A DNA stretch of 64,000 nucleotides from a virus. Position 1 is the stretch's first letter; each line of letters opens with the position of its first letter. The position numbers and the translations under genes are program-made. The stretch lies in IMG/VR virus record IMGVR_UViG_3300010397_000001, positions 1-64,000 of that record, one strand, 5' to 3'. The notes beneath the pieces are model-generated. The model saw only the letters and a list, made by a program, of their open reading frames with translations. It was not told the DNA's origin and did no database searches. This document shows, piece by piece, positions 1 to 9,501 of the stretch.

Positions 1-26
1 AAGTTCTGCTGCTCGAAGCTCTCGGC

Positions 27-992
27 ATGGAAGTGGCTGAAGCCGTTGTAGCCATCAACCGCGTGCCGGGCGCTGTCAACGAGACGCTGCTGAAGCTGTT
101 CGGCATTACGCGCAACTCCGGTACTACGCCGGTGCTGTCACTGAAGTTCACTGTGGCAAACACTGGTGGTTACACGATTCCTGCCGGTACCGAGAGCCGA
201 CTGTCACTACCTGGCGGCCTTGAATCAGTCGTCTTCTCTACCGACAGTGATCTGGTCATCAGCGCCGGCTTCCTCACAGGAACTGTGAGTGCCACTGGAG
301 ACAGGTTCACCGCAGACGCCAACTCGGTTGCGGTGAACACCTATCTCGACCTACTTGACTCGATCCTGGCCGTGGAAACGGTGCAGCTCGACCAGCATCT
401 AACGAACGGAGAAGATCCTGAAAATGATGCAGATTACTTTGCGCGAGCCGTTGCGCGCTTCGGACGCCTCTCGGACACTCTGGTTCTGCCTTCCCACTTC
501 ACCAGCTTCGTACTTGAAGATCCCACCTTCAAGCGAGCCTTCACCATCGACAACTGGGACGGGACAGGGAGCACTCCAGGGACGGTTGCCGGACACGTCA
601 CCGTTGCTGTGTATGGCGACGGTGCTACGAACACTTCCGGCGAGAAGAGTGCTCTGCTCGCCAAGCTCGAAGCAGCAGCACTTGCCAATCTCACAGTTCA
701 TGTAATAGATCCCACGATCACCGCAGTAGCCGTCACGGCTACTGTGAAGGCCAAGGCTGGCTACGTCACGAGTGACGTACAGACTGCCGTCGTAGCGGCT
801 CTGACGGCATACCTGGACCCCATGGTGTGGCCGTGGTCTGGCACTGTGCGGCGGTTCGAACTCGTTTCGCTGATGGACCAGGTGCCTGGTGTGGATTACG
901 TGGTGTCGGTCACCACTCCAGCGTCTGACGTAACCCTCACTGGCAACGCTCCGTTGGCTGACAACGGCACTCTGACGATTACGGTGACCTGA
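27..992 (+). CDS. Baseplate J-like wedge protein (frame open to the window start, probably 5'-partial)
   Basis: YTIPAGT, NGEDPEND..Y, PGTVAGHVTVAV and VPGVDYV motifs typical of baseplate J/gp47 proteins; followed by a tail protein I-like gene. Confidence 0.85.
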   Translation: MEVAEAVVAINRVPGAVNETLLKLFGITRNSGTTPVLSLKFTVANTGGYTIPAGTESRLSLPGGLESVVFSTDSDLVISAGFLTGTVSATGDRFTADANSVAVNTYLDLLDSILAVETVQLDQHLTNGEDPENDADYFARAVARFGRLSDTLVLPSHFTSFVLEDPTFKRAFTIDNWDGTGSTPGTVAGHVTVAVYGDGATNTSGEKSALLAKLEAAALANLTVHVIDPTITAVAVTATVKAKAGYVTSDVQTAVVAALTAYLDPMVWPWSGTVRRFELVSLMDQVPGVDYVVSVTTPASDVTLTGNAPLADNGTLTITVT

Positions 993-993
993 C

Positions 994-1332
994 ATGAGCA
1001 ACTGGACCGACATCGGATACAGCCATGAAATCCAATTCACCTCATGGAGTCCTGATCGCGATCTGAACCCACAGTATGCCGGCGTGCCTGACATCGAGAA
1101 GTATGGTCTGCTTGTTCGCCACCCCCACAAGGTCACCGGCAAGCCGTGTATGGGTGGAATCAAGTTCGATACCCCTGAGGTCAGAGCGCTCGACGCTGTG
1201 GCGCCTCCTGGCTCGTTCGTCGGAGCTGTGTGGCAGGTGGTGTCCTTCGACCCCATTCATGTCGAGCCGAGCCTGCTGTGTTCATGTGGTGACCACGGAT
1301 TCATCCGTGGTGGGCGGTGGGTGCCGGTATGA
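994..1332 (+). CDS. Small Cys/His protein resembling DUF6527
   Basis: C-terminal EPSLLCSCGDHGFIRGGRW pattern; tightly packed between baseplate genes. Confidence 0.55.
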   Translation: MSNWTDIGYSHEIQFTSWSPDRDLNPQYAGVPDIEKYGLLVRHPHKVTGKPCMGGIKFDTPEVRALDAVAPPGSFVGAVWQVVSFDPIHVEPSLLCSCGDHGFIRGGRWVPV

Positions 1333-1979
1333 CGGAGCCGATATTCGACGCTACGACGGAACGGATGTGGAGCCGTCTTCCGGAGATTTACCGTGCAGAG
1401 GACCAAGAGCAGGGATGGACGTTCAAGAAGTGGTTGTCTGGTATCGGTAGCGCTCTGGACACTGTTAATGTCCTATATGGACGCTTCGACTTCGATACGC
1501 CTGACGACGGTGGCGCTATTGGTGACTCATCAGAGCTGACTGACCCGATGAAGGCCGACGTCGCCTGGCTTCCTTGGCTAGGCCAGTTTGTTGGCGTTCA
1601 TTCAGAGAATTATGCATCCATCACAAACCTTCGTTCTGCCATTAGCTCTGCCCTTACTGGGCTACAGCCAGGGACGAAGTTGTCCATTGTAGAGATTGTT
1701 AAGACTGTTCTCACCGGCACTCAGTATGTGGAGGTGTACGACCACAGCGTTACCACCCCCGGTGATGGTGGGCAATGGGATGTGCTGATCGTGACAGTGA
1801 CGTCTGAGACGGTCAGCGATCCGGCTGCTGCTGTGATCGCCGCCGGTGGCAAGCCGGCAGGGATCCTCTTGCATCATGTGACGTTCGAATCTACCTGGGA
1901 TCAGATCGAGGCCGGCTTCCCAACTTGGGCGGACATCGATGCGACCACCTGGCAAGGCATATCGGAGGTTGGTTTGTAA
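1329..1979 (+). CDS. Baseplate/tail protein (P2 gpI-like)
   Basis: RLPEIYRAED and DP..A...WLPWLGQFVG motifs; position after baseplate J; ATGA overlap start. Confidence 0.75.
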   Translation: MTEPIFDATTERMWSRLPEIYRAEDQEQGWTFKKWLSGIGSALDTVNVLYGRFDFDTPDDGGAIGDSSELTDPMKADVAWLPWLGQFVGVHSENYASITNLRSAISSALTGLQPGTKLSIVEIVKTVLTGTQYVEVYDHSVTTPGDGGQWDVLIVTVTSETVSDPAAAVIAAGGKPAGILLHHVTFESTWDQIEAGFPTWADIDATTWQGISEVGL

Positions 1980-2407
1980 TGGCTGGCGTACATGGTGACC
2001 CTCTCTACGCAGTGTGGGCAACTATGCACCAACGCTGTAGCAACCCAAACAGCCGGTCATACAAGACTTATGGAGCTAACGGCATTAAGGTTTGCAAGCG
2101 CTGGAAATTTTTCACTCTGTTCAAGGCAGACATGGGAACGCGACCTGAAGGTCACTGGCTTGAGCGGATTGATTCAAGCAAGGGCTATCGGCCATCCAAC
2201 TGTCGCTGGGCTACCCCCAAGGAGCAGCAGCGCAATCGGACCAACAATGCACTGTGGACACATGACGGCGTAACGATGTGTGTCAAGGCTTGGGCTGAAA
2301 TGCTCGGCGTCAACCACCAGACCTTGTGGCAACGTCACAGCGCTTACGGTTGGTCTATCGAGAAGACGCTGACTACGCCCGTTCGTCCACGAAGCAAGAA
2401 AGGGTGA
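1979..2407 (+). CDS. Free-standing HNH-type homing endonuclease-like protein
   Basis: W..M.QRC.NPN...Y..YG..GI.VC.RW, LERID..KGY.PSNCRWAT..EQ.RN and a C-terminal HTH-like segment. Confidence 0.8.
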   Translation: MAGVHGDPLYAVWATMHQRCSNPNSRSYKTYGANGIKVCKRWKFFTLFKADMGTRPEGHWLERIDSSKGYRPSNCRWATPKEQQRNRTNNALWTHDGVTMCVKAWAEMLGVNHQTLWQRHSAYGWSIEKTLTTPVRPRSKKG

Positions 2408-2413
2408 ACTCCA

Positions 2414-3844
2414 TTGGCTGAAACACTCACTGCTCGTGTTGGCCTGCGGGTCTACAGCGCCGGCACAGACACCTTCGGCCGTACCGAGTACGACGACAAC
2501 ATGCAGGCCATTGAAAACTTGATGGCCATCGACCAGCAAGGCACACTCGGAAGCCGTCCGGCTGCTGGTCTTACTGGCCGGTACTGGTACGACACCAGTA
2601 CCGCTGTCATCTACCGAGACAACGGAACATCGTGGACCGTCGTTGGGTCTCGTATTCTCGACGAGATCGCCTTCGCCTCTGCCACCAACACGGTTCCGCT
2701 GACTGCGTCCGGCTTGACCAGCCAGACAGGAAACCTGTTCGAGGCAAAGATCACTACCACAACCAAGGCGTTCATCAGTGCTGCCGGTCAGATGAGCGCT
2801 GACAACTTCACCGGTAAGAAGTACGCGGCTTCCGGGGGTGTTGCTACTGACGTGCTGTTCTCTGGTACGGCCGCTTCGTCGCAGTCGGCGGATGTAGTGT
2901 CCATTAAGGACAACAGCAACAGCAACCTCTTCAAGGTATCAAGCGCCGGCACACTCACTACGAGTAGCGCCAAACTTGGTACGGCAGCGGCTGGCTCCGT
3001 GGTGGGCACGTCGGCCAACGACAACGTGGCCGGGCAATCTACATTCACCGGCTCAATGGGGTTTGAGGTCTACAGCGCCAAGGGTGGCAGTGGTAGTACG
3101 TTCACCGATGGCTTGTACCTCAAGCACCAGGCTGCGGACAGCACCGCCGTGCTTCGTCGCTTTGGTGTACTGATGAAGGTTGGAGACGAGATTTCCGGCG
3201 ACGCCACCAAGAGCGCCGGCATGTACCTCGAATCGTCTGCGGCCCTGTTCGCATCTCCGACGTTTGTCCTCTTCAACGGCGATGAACCTGTCATGCAGTT
3301 CCCGATGGGGGCGCCTGCAACGGTTGAGCAGGACTTTACGGTCAACGGGCAGGCAACACTGAACCCATCTTCCTCGTCGAGTCTTGTCATGGGAGCGTCG
3401 TCGGAGCTAGGTGCACAGGGGTCGGGGACCAACCTGTACGCCCGCGTGGGAGCCTCAGGGAAGTTTTCCCTGTATGCAGGTGGGGCACACAGTGGCATCG
3501 CAGGAGACGCCGGATCAGGGGGTGCAACGATAGCTTCCTTCGCGATGTCTGGCGGAGTGGGGCAGATAACCGTCTCCAAAGCGCTCTTCGCAACTTCGGC
3601 GCAGGTTGGTCCATCCAACAGTGGGAACACTGTCTACTCAGGCAACCAACTTCAGTCGCTTAACAACGGGTCCAACGCCGCTTTTTCCATCAACCCGAGT
3701 GGAGGAATCGTCACCATCGGCAGCTCTAGTGCTGGTGCGGTTGTGCCTGGATCTCTTACTCTCCAAGGGCACAAGGTGTCCGTTCAGTCGTCGAGCAGTG
3801 CTCCCAGCTCGCCGGCCGTTGGTGATGTCTGGATTCAGATATGA
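2414..3844 (+). CDS. Tail fibre / minor tail protein
   Basis: Ser/Gly/Thr-rich 476 aa; GRYWYDT..IYRDNGTSW and C-terminal APSSPAVGDVWIQ motifs. Confidence 0.75.
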   Translation: MAETLTARVGLRVYSAGTDTFGRTEYDDNMQAIENLMAIDQQGTLGSRPAAGLTGRYWYDTSTAVIYRDNGTSWTVVGSRILDEIAFASATNTVPLTASGLTSQTGNLFEAKITTTTKAFISAAGQMSADNFTGKKYAASGGVATDVLFSGTAASSQSADVVSIKDNSNSNLFKVSSAGTLTTSSAKLGTAAAGSVVGTSANDNVAGQSTFTGSMGFEVYSAKGGSGSTFTDGLYLKHQAADSTAVLRRFGVLMKVGDEISGDATKSAGMYLESSAALFASPTFVLFNGDEPVMQFPMGAPATVEQDFTVNGQATLNPSSSSSLVMGASSELGAQGSGTNLYARVGASGKFSLYAGGAHSGIAGDAGSGGATIASFAMSGGVGQITVSKALFATSAQVGPSNSGNTVYSGNQLQSLNNGSNAAFSINPSGGIVTIGSSSAGAVVPGSLTLQGHKVSVQSSSSAPSSPAVGDVWIQI

Positions 3845-4491
3845 CACTCGCGTGGCGTGTCAAGCATTGGGACGGCAGCGCATGGGTTAACTCAGACGTA
3901 CGTCGTTGGGATGGTGCAGAGTGGGCAGCCGCCAATTCGTACTACTGGGACGGCAGCCAGTGGGCGTTGCAGACTGATCGCACTCCACCAACTTCAACTC
4001 ATACAACGGACTACGCGCAAGTGTGGAGGGGAACCTACGGAAGCGATAACAACCGACGCACCGACAGCAACGGAGCCAGCCACAACTACCAAGGAGACAG
4101 TGGAAGCAGTTCGTACGGCAACCAGCGGTCCATGTGGTCCTTGGGGCTCGGTCCATTCAGCGATCTGCAAGGAGCGGTGGCGTTCTACGATTCCCTGGTT
4201 TATGTCACCAACCAGTGGACGTACTACAACTCAGGCGGTACGGCGGTGTTCGGGACCAACCCGATCAACTCTGGTGGCGCACCGTCCACGTTCAGCGAAC
4301 GAGACTCGAACGTCATCCAGGTGCACTTCGAGCGGTACCAAGCAAAGTGGATCGGTCTCGGTACTAGCTTGATGGGCTTGTTCCAAGCCGGGTTGATTTT
4401 CGGCTTCACCCTCCACGCCAGTAGCAACGACGTCACCTTCTACGGTTACTACGCAACCACAATTACGTACAGACAGGTCTACGAAAAATGA
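3841..4491 (+). CDS. Minor tail protein
   Basis: N-terminal WDGxxW triple repeat; YQG...YGNQRSM..G as in actinophage tail-tip proteins. Confidence 0.6.
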   Translation: MTLAWRVKHWDGSAWVNSDVRRWDGAEWAAANSYYWDGSQWALQTDRTPPTSTHTTDYAQVWRGTYGSDNNRRTDSNGASHNYQGDSGSSSYGNQRSMWSLGLGPFSDLQGAVAFYDSLVYVTNQWTYYNSGGTAVFGTNPINSGGAPSTFSERDSNVIQVHFERYQAKWIGLGTSLMGLFQAGLIFGFTLHASSNDVTFYGYYATTITYRQVYEK

Positions 4492-4757
4492 GCGACGTGT
4501 ACCAGACCATTCCCCCAGACACTCAGACGACTGTCATCAGGAAGCGCATCAACGAGATTGAACATAACTTGTTGCTGCTCCGGATGCAGTCTGCCGAGTA
4601 CTGGTCGATGCTCGCTACAGAACTTGAAGACAGTGTCAAGACAGACATCGAGACAGCACTTCAGAACGTGAACAAGGATATTTCCCTTCTCATAGTCAGG
4701 ATTGAGGCACTGAACAACATGATCGAGGAGGTGAGGTCGGAGCAGCCATCTGGTTAA
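4488..4757 (+). CDS. Hypothetical coiled-coil protein
   Basis: ATGA-coupled ORF with helical heptad pattern. Confidence 0.55.
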   Translation: MSDVYQTIPPDTQTTVIRKRINEIEHNLLLLRMQSAEYWSMLATELEDSVKTDIETALQNVNKDISLLIVRIEALNNMIEEVRSEQPSG

Positions 4758-4804
4758 GGGACAATGAGGTGTGATCTACCAGCACCACGGGGAAGGCGGC
4801 GCTA

Positions 4805-5023
4805 GTGAACAACAGAGTTCGAACCATCCTCATTACAGTCATCGCTGTTGTGTGGGCTGTCAACTTCACTGCCCCTGTCTTCGTGCACGGCTACGTTCCG
4901 CCTCCTGAAATTCACATCATATTTATGGCTATCGCTGGTGGTCTGGTGGCAGGATATAAGAGTGAGGGTGGAAAGAATGGCAAGAAGGGCAAGCGCGACG
5001 AAGACGAGGAGCTAAAGAAATGA
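4805..5023 (+). CDS. Small two-TM membrane protein (lysis cassette, holin-like candidate)
   Basis: Two hydrophobic segments and a charged C-terminal tail, upstream of the endolysin. Confidence 0.55.
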   Translation: MNNRVRTILITVIAVVWAVNFTAPVFVHGYVPPPEIHIIFMAIAGGLVAGYKSEGGKNGKKGKRDEDEELKK

Positions 5024-5454
5024 ACTGGCAGCATCTACTCGTGCTGATTTTGACGTTCGGGCTGTGCTTGTTCGGCTCTTGGCTGTACATTCACATTTTT
5101 CAGTCACGCCGACCTACCGCAAGTGAAAGCGGCAGTAGAGGTGTGGCAGCCATCGTGCTTGGTCTAGCCCTCGCCAGCGCAGTACAAGTGGTTTGGTTCC
5201 AGGTAACTGACGACCGGAAAAGAGACTGCCAGTACAAGCTGAACACCGCCATTATCGAGACGCTGAAAGATAGGGCAGGTCCAAATAACCAGGCCGACGA
5301 AGCCCTCAAGACGATGGCGCAGTCGATATTGGACGCAAAGACTGCGAACGATACTCGTAGCGCTATTCGAACGTTCATTGACGCGATGAACGCCAAGAAG
5401 AAGGCACAAGAGGAGAACCCTCTGCCTGAGATCCCCAGCAACTGTAGGCCATGA
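5020..5454 (+). CDS. Membrane protein of lysis cassette
   Basis: Two TM helices followed by a helical soluble domain; coupled to the previous gene. Confidence 0.55.
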   Translation: MNWQHLLVLILTFGLCLFGSWLYIHIFQSRRPTASESGSRGVAAIVLGLALASAVQVVWFQVTDDRKRDCQYKLNTAIIETLKDRAGPNNQADEALKTMAQSILDAKTANDTRSAIRTFIDAMNAKKKAQEENPLPEIPSNCRP

Positions 5455-5503
5455 ACTGGCTACACTCGTCCTGAGGGATACACACGATGAAAGGAGGTGG
5501 CTC

Positions 5504-6439
5504 TTGACAAGCCGTCAGCATCAGGACTGGATCAACCGCGGCAGGCCCGACTCCGGTCTCGCTCGCCCGTTGGTCATCATCCGAGACGGACTGCGCCACA
5601 TGGGGTACACGGTGTACGACTTCCCCAACGACGCACACCTCGACGCGCCGAAGCCTGAGGATCACACCTACTACTCAGAGACGGGCTGGCCCGGATCGTC
5701 ACCGAAGTGGTGGCGTCACGCTATCGACATCATGCCGCCGGCAGCCGGCTCAGGACTGCCACCGTTACAAAAGGTTGGGCAAGTCCTTGCCACAGACCGC
5801 AACAGTGGCAAGGCCGGTTGGCTCAAGTACATGAACTGGCCTTCCACGGGCGATCTGAGCCGCGCCGTACAGAACTACTGGGAGGACAGCACCGGCCAGC
5901 GCCCCAGCAGCGACACTGGCCACATACATCTCAGTTCCACTACAGGAGTCGAAACCAGCTCGATGTGGGACAGCTACGACATCGCAGCTCGACTCCGAGG
6001 CGTCGTCCCGTCCAACGTGAACACAAATTCGACTTCAGAAGGTGAAGCACCTATGTTCCTCGCTCAAGGGTCTGACGGTCAGCTGTACCTGTGCGATGGC
6101 AAGGACTCCGATCCGACCGACGTGTCCGCTCTTGCGGACAAGCAGACGTTGGTCAGCGAAGGCCGTATTCCGCCCATCATCGGAGTCGGCAAGGGGTACG
6201 GAGATTTCTACCCTCGTGGTGGTTGGACCGAGCGTGCCTTCGGCAAGCTTCGCACCGCTGCGCCGACTCCGGTCATCACGGACGCACAGGTTGCGGCCAT
6301 CACGAACAATCTCGCCGAGGTTGTGACCGCTGCTCTGGCCGGCGCCGATCACCAGCTCACCGAACAGCAGATCATTGACGCGGTGAAGGCGGCCCTCCAG
6401 CAGGGCGTCGGCACTCTCGCCAAGCTCCACGAGAGCTGA
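5504..6439 (+). CDS. Endolysin, probable Zn-peptidase (M15-like) catalytic domain
   Basis: EDHT...HAIDI...GHIHLS metal-binding pattern; strong RBS GGAGGT; flanked by membrane genes. Confidence 0.65.
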   Translation: MTSRQHQDWINRGRPDSGLARPLVIIRDGLRHMGYTVYDFPNDAHLDAPKPEDHTYYSETGWPGSSPKWWRHAIDIMPPAAGSGLPPLQKVGQVLATDRNSGKAGWLKYMNWPSTGDLSRAVQNYWEDSTGQRPSSDTGHIHLSSTTGVETSSMWDSYDIAARLRGVVPSNVNTNSTSEGEAPMFLAQGSDGQLYLCDGKDSDPTDVSALADKQTLVSEGRIPPIIGVGKGYGDFYPRGGWTERAFGKLRTAAPTPVITDAQVAAITNNLAEVVTAALAGADHQLTEQQIIDAVKAALQQGVGTLAKLHES

Positions 6440-6467
6440 CATCTCCATCTACTGAAAGAGGTATGAG

Positions 6468-7052
6468 ATGCCACTCCCGGTCGGCGTACAGACGGTCCGT
6501 GTGTTCGGCACGTATTTGAAAAGCGACGGGACTCCCGAACGTGGCTTCCTGAAGTTCAAGCCGATCATCGTCACTGTCGGCTCGGGAGTGGTCATCAACA
6601 AGGACGAGGTTCGTGCCAACCTCAACAACCTTGGCCAGTTCAGCATCTCGCTTCCTACGAGCGACAACAGCGGCCTGAACCCTGACGGCTGGACCTACGA
6701 AGCGAAGGTGTTCTTCGAGGGAGGGACGCTGCTGAAGTACAACTTCCAGCTTCCTGTTTCACCCTCTGAAGTTGACTTCAGCACGATCGTCCCGCAACCA
6801 CCAATCGACCCAACGCTCACCTACGTGACCTCCGACCAACTCGATGCCGTGGCGGCAAGGCTTTCGTACGACCACAACCAGGCAACTCCAGCATCCATCT
6901 GGGTTGTCACGCACGATCTGGGCTACCGGCCCAACGTCCAGGTGTTCGACTCCGCAGGCGATGAAGTCAAAGGCGCTGTCGAACATGACGACGTGAATGG
7001 CTTGACCATCGCCTTCTCGGCCGCCTTCAGTGGCCACGCGTATCTGAGTTAG
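6468..7052 (+). CDS. Virion structural protein (BppU-like N-terminus, THxLG module)
   Basis: G.FSISLP.SD...LNP.GWTY and W.VTHDLGYRPNVQVFDS motifs. Confidence 0.55.
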   Translation: MPLPVGVQTVRVFGTYLKSDGTPERGFLKFKPIIVTVGSGVVINKDEVRANLNNLGQFSISLPTSDNSGLNPDGWTYEAKVFFEGGTLLKYNFQLPVSPSEVDFSTIVPQPPIDPTLTYVTSDQLDAVAARLSYDHNQATPASIWVVTHDLGYRPNVQVFDSAGDEVKGAVEHDDVNGLTIAFSAAFSGHAYLS

Positions 7053-7063
7053 GAGAGCAACAC

Positions 7064-8203
7064 ATGGGTGTCAAGTTCGGTTACAGCGTCGACTTTCAGA
7101 AGAACCAGCTCCTCAACGCGGTTATCCAGAACCTCAGCTCGGCACCATCTTCACCGGTTGAGGGACAGGTCTACTACGACACCACCGGCCACACGCTCTA
7201 CTACCGCAACGACAGCACTTGGGTCGCTGCTGGTTCAACTGGTGCCAGCGGTTCGGCCGGCGGAGACCTGACCGGTACGTACCCCAACCCCACTATCGCG
7301 GCGAACGCGGTCACGACTTCGAAGATTCTCGACGCCAACGTGACCATCGCGAAGATCGGTGCGAGCACCTTCAACACGCAGGTTCAGTTGAGCCGGCTGG
7401 ACCAGATGGCCGCACCGACTGCCGCTGTGTCACTAAACAGCCAGAAGATCACGAGCCTGGCCGACCCCACCAGCAACACCGACGCGGCCAACAAGCAGTA
7501 CGTGGATGCTCTGTCCGGCGGTCTGGACGCGAAGAACTCCGTACGTGTCGCGTCGACAGCCAACGGCACCATCTCCACCGCGTTCGCCAACGGCCAGACG
7601 GTGGACGGCGTGACGATCGCGACCGGCGACCGAATCCTCGTCAAGAGTCAGACTTCAGGCGCTGAAAACGGTATCTACACCGTCAACGCGTCCGGCGCTC
7701 CCACGAGGGCAGCAGATGCCAACGCGAGTGGTGAGATCAGCACCGGCACGATCGTCTACGTAGAAAGCGGCACGGCGAATGGAGGGCAGCAATGGGTGTG
7801 TTCCGCCACGGCAAGCACCCCATGGGTGCCTGGAACCGACTCGTCTACCTGGGTGTTGTACTTCGCCGTGACGGCCACACAGGCTGGAGCTGGTCTGACC
7901 GCTACGGGCAACGTGCTCGCTGTCGGCGCCGGTACCGGTATTACCGTCGCGGCTGACTCGGTTGGCATCGACACCAGCATTGTTGCGCGGAAGTACACCA
8001 CTCAGGTCGGCGACGGCACTACGACGACCTTCACCGTCACGCATAACCTCGGTACGCGATCGGTGGTCGTTTCAGTGTCTGAATCGGCTACGCCGTGGGA
8101 AGAGGTCATGCCTCAAGTCAAGAAGGCCAGCACCAACACCATCACGTTGACCTTCTCGGTCGCGCCCACCACCAACCAGTACGACGTCGCTGTGGTCGGC
8201 TGA
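7064..8203 (+). CDS. Fibre/decoration virion protein
   Basis: AGGDLTGTYPNPT, KITSLADP....DAANKQYVD, SVRVAST, GDRILVK.Q....ENGIY and FTVTHNLG motifs. Confidence 0.75.
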   Translation: MGVKFGYSVDFQKNQLLNAVIQNLSSAPSSPVEGQVYYDTTGHTLYYRNDSTWVAAGSTGASGSAGGDLTGTYPNPTIAANAVTTSKILDANVTIAKIGASTFNTQVQLSRLDQMAAPTAAVSLNSQKITSLADPTSNTDAANKQYVDALSGGLDAKNSVRVASTANGTISTAFANGQTVDGVTIATGDRILVKSQTSGAENGIYTVNASGAPTRAADANASGEISTGTIVYVESGTANGGQQWVCSATASTPWVPGTDSSTWVLYFAVTATQAGAGLTATGNVLAVGAGTGITVAADSVGIDTSIVARKYTTQVGDGTTTTFTVTHNLGTRSVVVSVSESATPWEEVMPQVKKASTNTITLTFSVAPTTNQYDVAVVG

Positions 8204-8206
8204 TCC

Positions 8207-8941
8207 ATGGGTGTCAAACTGCTCGCGCCACTGAATGACGCGAACAAGGATCCGATCGCCACTCCGGTGCTCGACAAACAGGCGTCCGCGCCGAGCAGCC
8301 CTGTGGAGGGTCAGCTCTACTACGACACCGTCACCAAGAAGGCGTACTACTACAACGGCACGGCGTGGACCGATATGACCGGTGGAGGTGGCGGGGGATC
8401 GACCACCTACCCGGACGAGATGTATCCAACTACAGGAAAGTTCTACCAAGCACCTCGTGGTCGCATCGGTCCCAACCTCGCACTCACCCTCAACGTCACG
8501 TACGCCATCCCGTGTCCGTTCGGCAAGACGTGCACACTCGACACTCTTGGCGTCGAGGTAGCTGTTGCCGCTACGACTGGAGGAGTTGTACGGCTGGGAA
8601 TGTGGGACTGGATCAGTAGCACCGACCCACGACCGGGCAGTCTCATTACTGACTTCGGTACGACGGCCAGCACCGGCACTGGCTTCGTGTCGAAGGCTTC
8701 ACTAGCTCAAGCAATCAGCACGGCACACAAGGCGTACTGGTTCAGTGTTACCGCTCAGGTTGCCGTTTGCACGCTTCGTGTGCTCGACGACGGAAGCCCA
8801 TGGGTGTACGACAATTCCGCCGTCACAGGAACCGGGTCGGCAGGGGCGTTGTACATGACCGGCACCAGCGGCGCACTGCCAGGCACCTTCACCATCGCCG
8901 GTGGAGATGCCGCTCCGCGGTTCAACCTGAAGTTCGTCTGA
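8207..8941 (+). CDS. Fibre-associated virion protein
   Basis: APSSPVEGQLYYDT module shared with the upstream gene; beta-rich C-terminal domain. Confidence 0.6.
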   Translation: MGVKLLAPLNDANKDPIATPVLDKQASAPSSPVEGQLYYDTVTKKAYYYNGTAWTDMTGGGGGGSTTYPDEMYPTTGKFYQAPRGRIGPNLALTLNVTYAIPCPFGKTCTLDTLGVEVAVAATTGGVVRLGMWDWISSTDPRPGSLITDFGTTASTGTGFVSKASLAQAISTAHKAYWFSVTAQVAVCTLRVLDDGSPWVYDNSAVTGTGSAGALYMTGTSGALPGTFTIAGGDAAPRFNLKFV

Positions 8942-8953
8942 AGGAGGAAAGCC

Positions 8954-9307
8954 ATGCATGTTCAGCTGTTGAACATCGGTACCACACTCGATGCGGTACA
9001 GGTCGTGTCGTTCCTCGTGGGGCCGGCACTGCCGGTCATCGTGGGGTTGGTGACCCGTCTCTCTACGCATCCGAAGGTCAAGGCGGTCCTGCTGATCGTC
9101 ATCGCCGCCCTCGCCGGCTTCGGCACGGAGTTCTTGGCCAACCCGTCGCACTTCAACGTGGTGGCGGCCATTCTCACGTGGATCGGTACATGGCTGGTGG
9201 CGGTGGCTAGTTACAAGGGAGCGCTGAAGAACTTCGACTGGATGAAGTGGATCCAGGCCAACGCCGGAGCGACGGAGGGTTCACACGCGTTGCGGAGTGG
9301 TAGCTAA
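8954..9307 (+). CDS. Holin
   Basis: Three TM segments with LP..VGLVT and KAVLL motifs typical of actinophage holins; RBS AGGAGG. Confidence 0.7.
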   Translation: MHVQLLNIGTTLDAVQVVSFLVGPALPVIVGLVTRLSTHPKVKAVLLIVIAALAGFGTEFLANPSHFNVVAAILTWIGTWLVAVASYKGALKNFDWMKWIQANAGATEGSHALRSGS

Positions 9308-9408
9308 AAGGCGGCTACAGAGTCCGTGACGGGCGGACTGGCCGCTACTGGTACCCAGACCCACCCTAGGGCGTTGCTGGGCGCTTAGAAGGGCAGAGGA
9401 CGGGTACA

Positions 9409-9466
9409 CGAAAGACCCCCACGGGATCCCGAGAAAGATGGGAAGGGGATCCGTGGGGGTCTTTCG
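9409..9466. terminator. Bidirectional terminator-like hairpin between convergent units
   Basis: CGAAAGACCCCCACGG(G)ATCCC ... GGGATCCGTGGGGGTCTTTCG inverted repeat. Confidence 0.75.
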
Positions 9467-9501
9467 TCTTAACAAGGGCCTACAGAAACGCTGTAGGTCG
9501 A

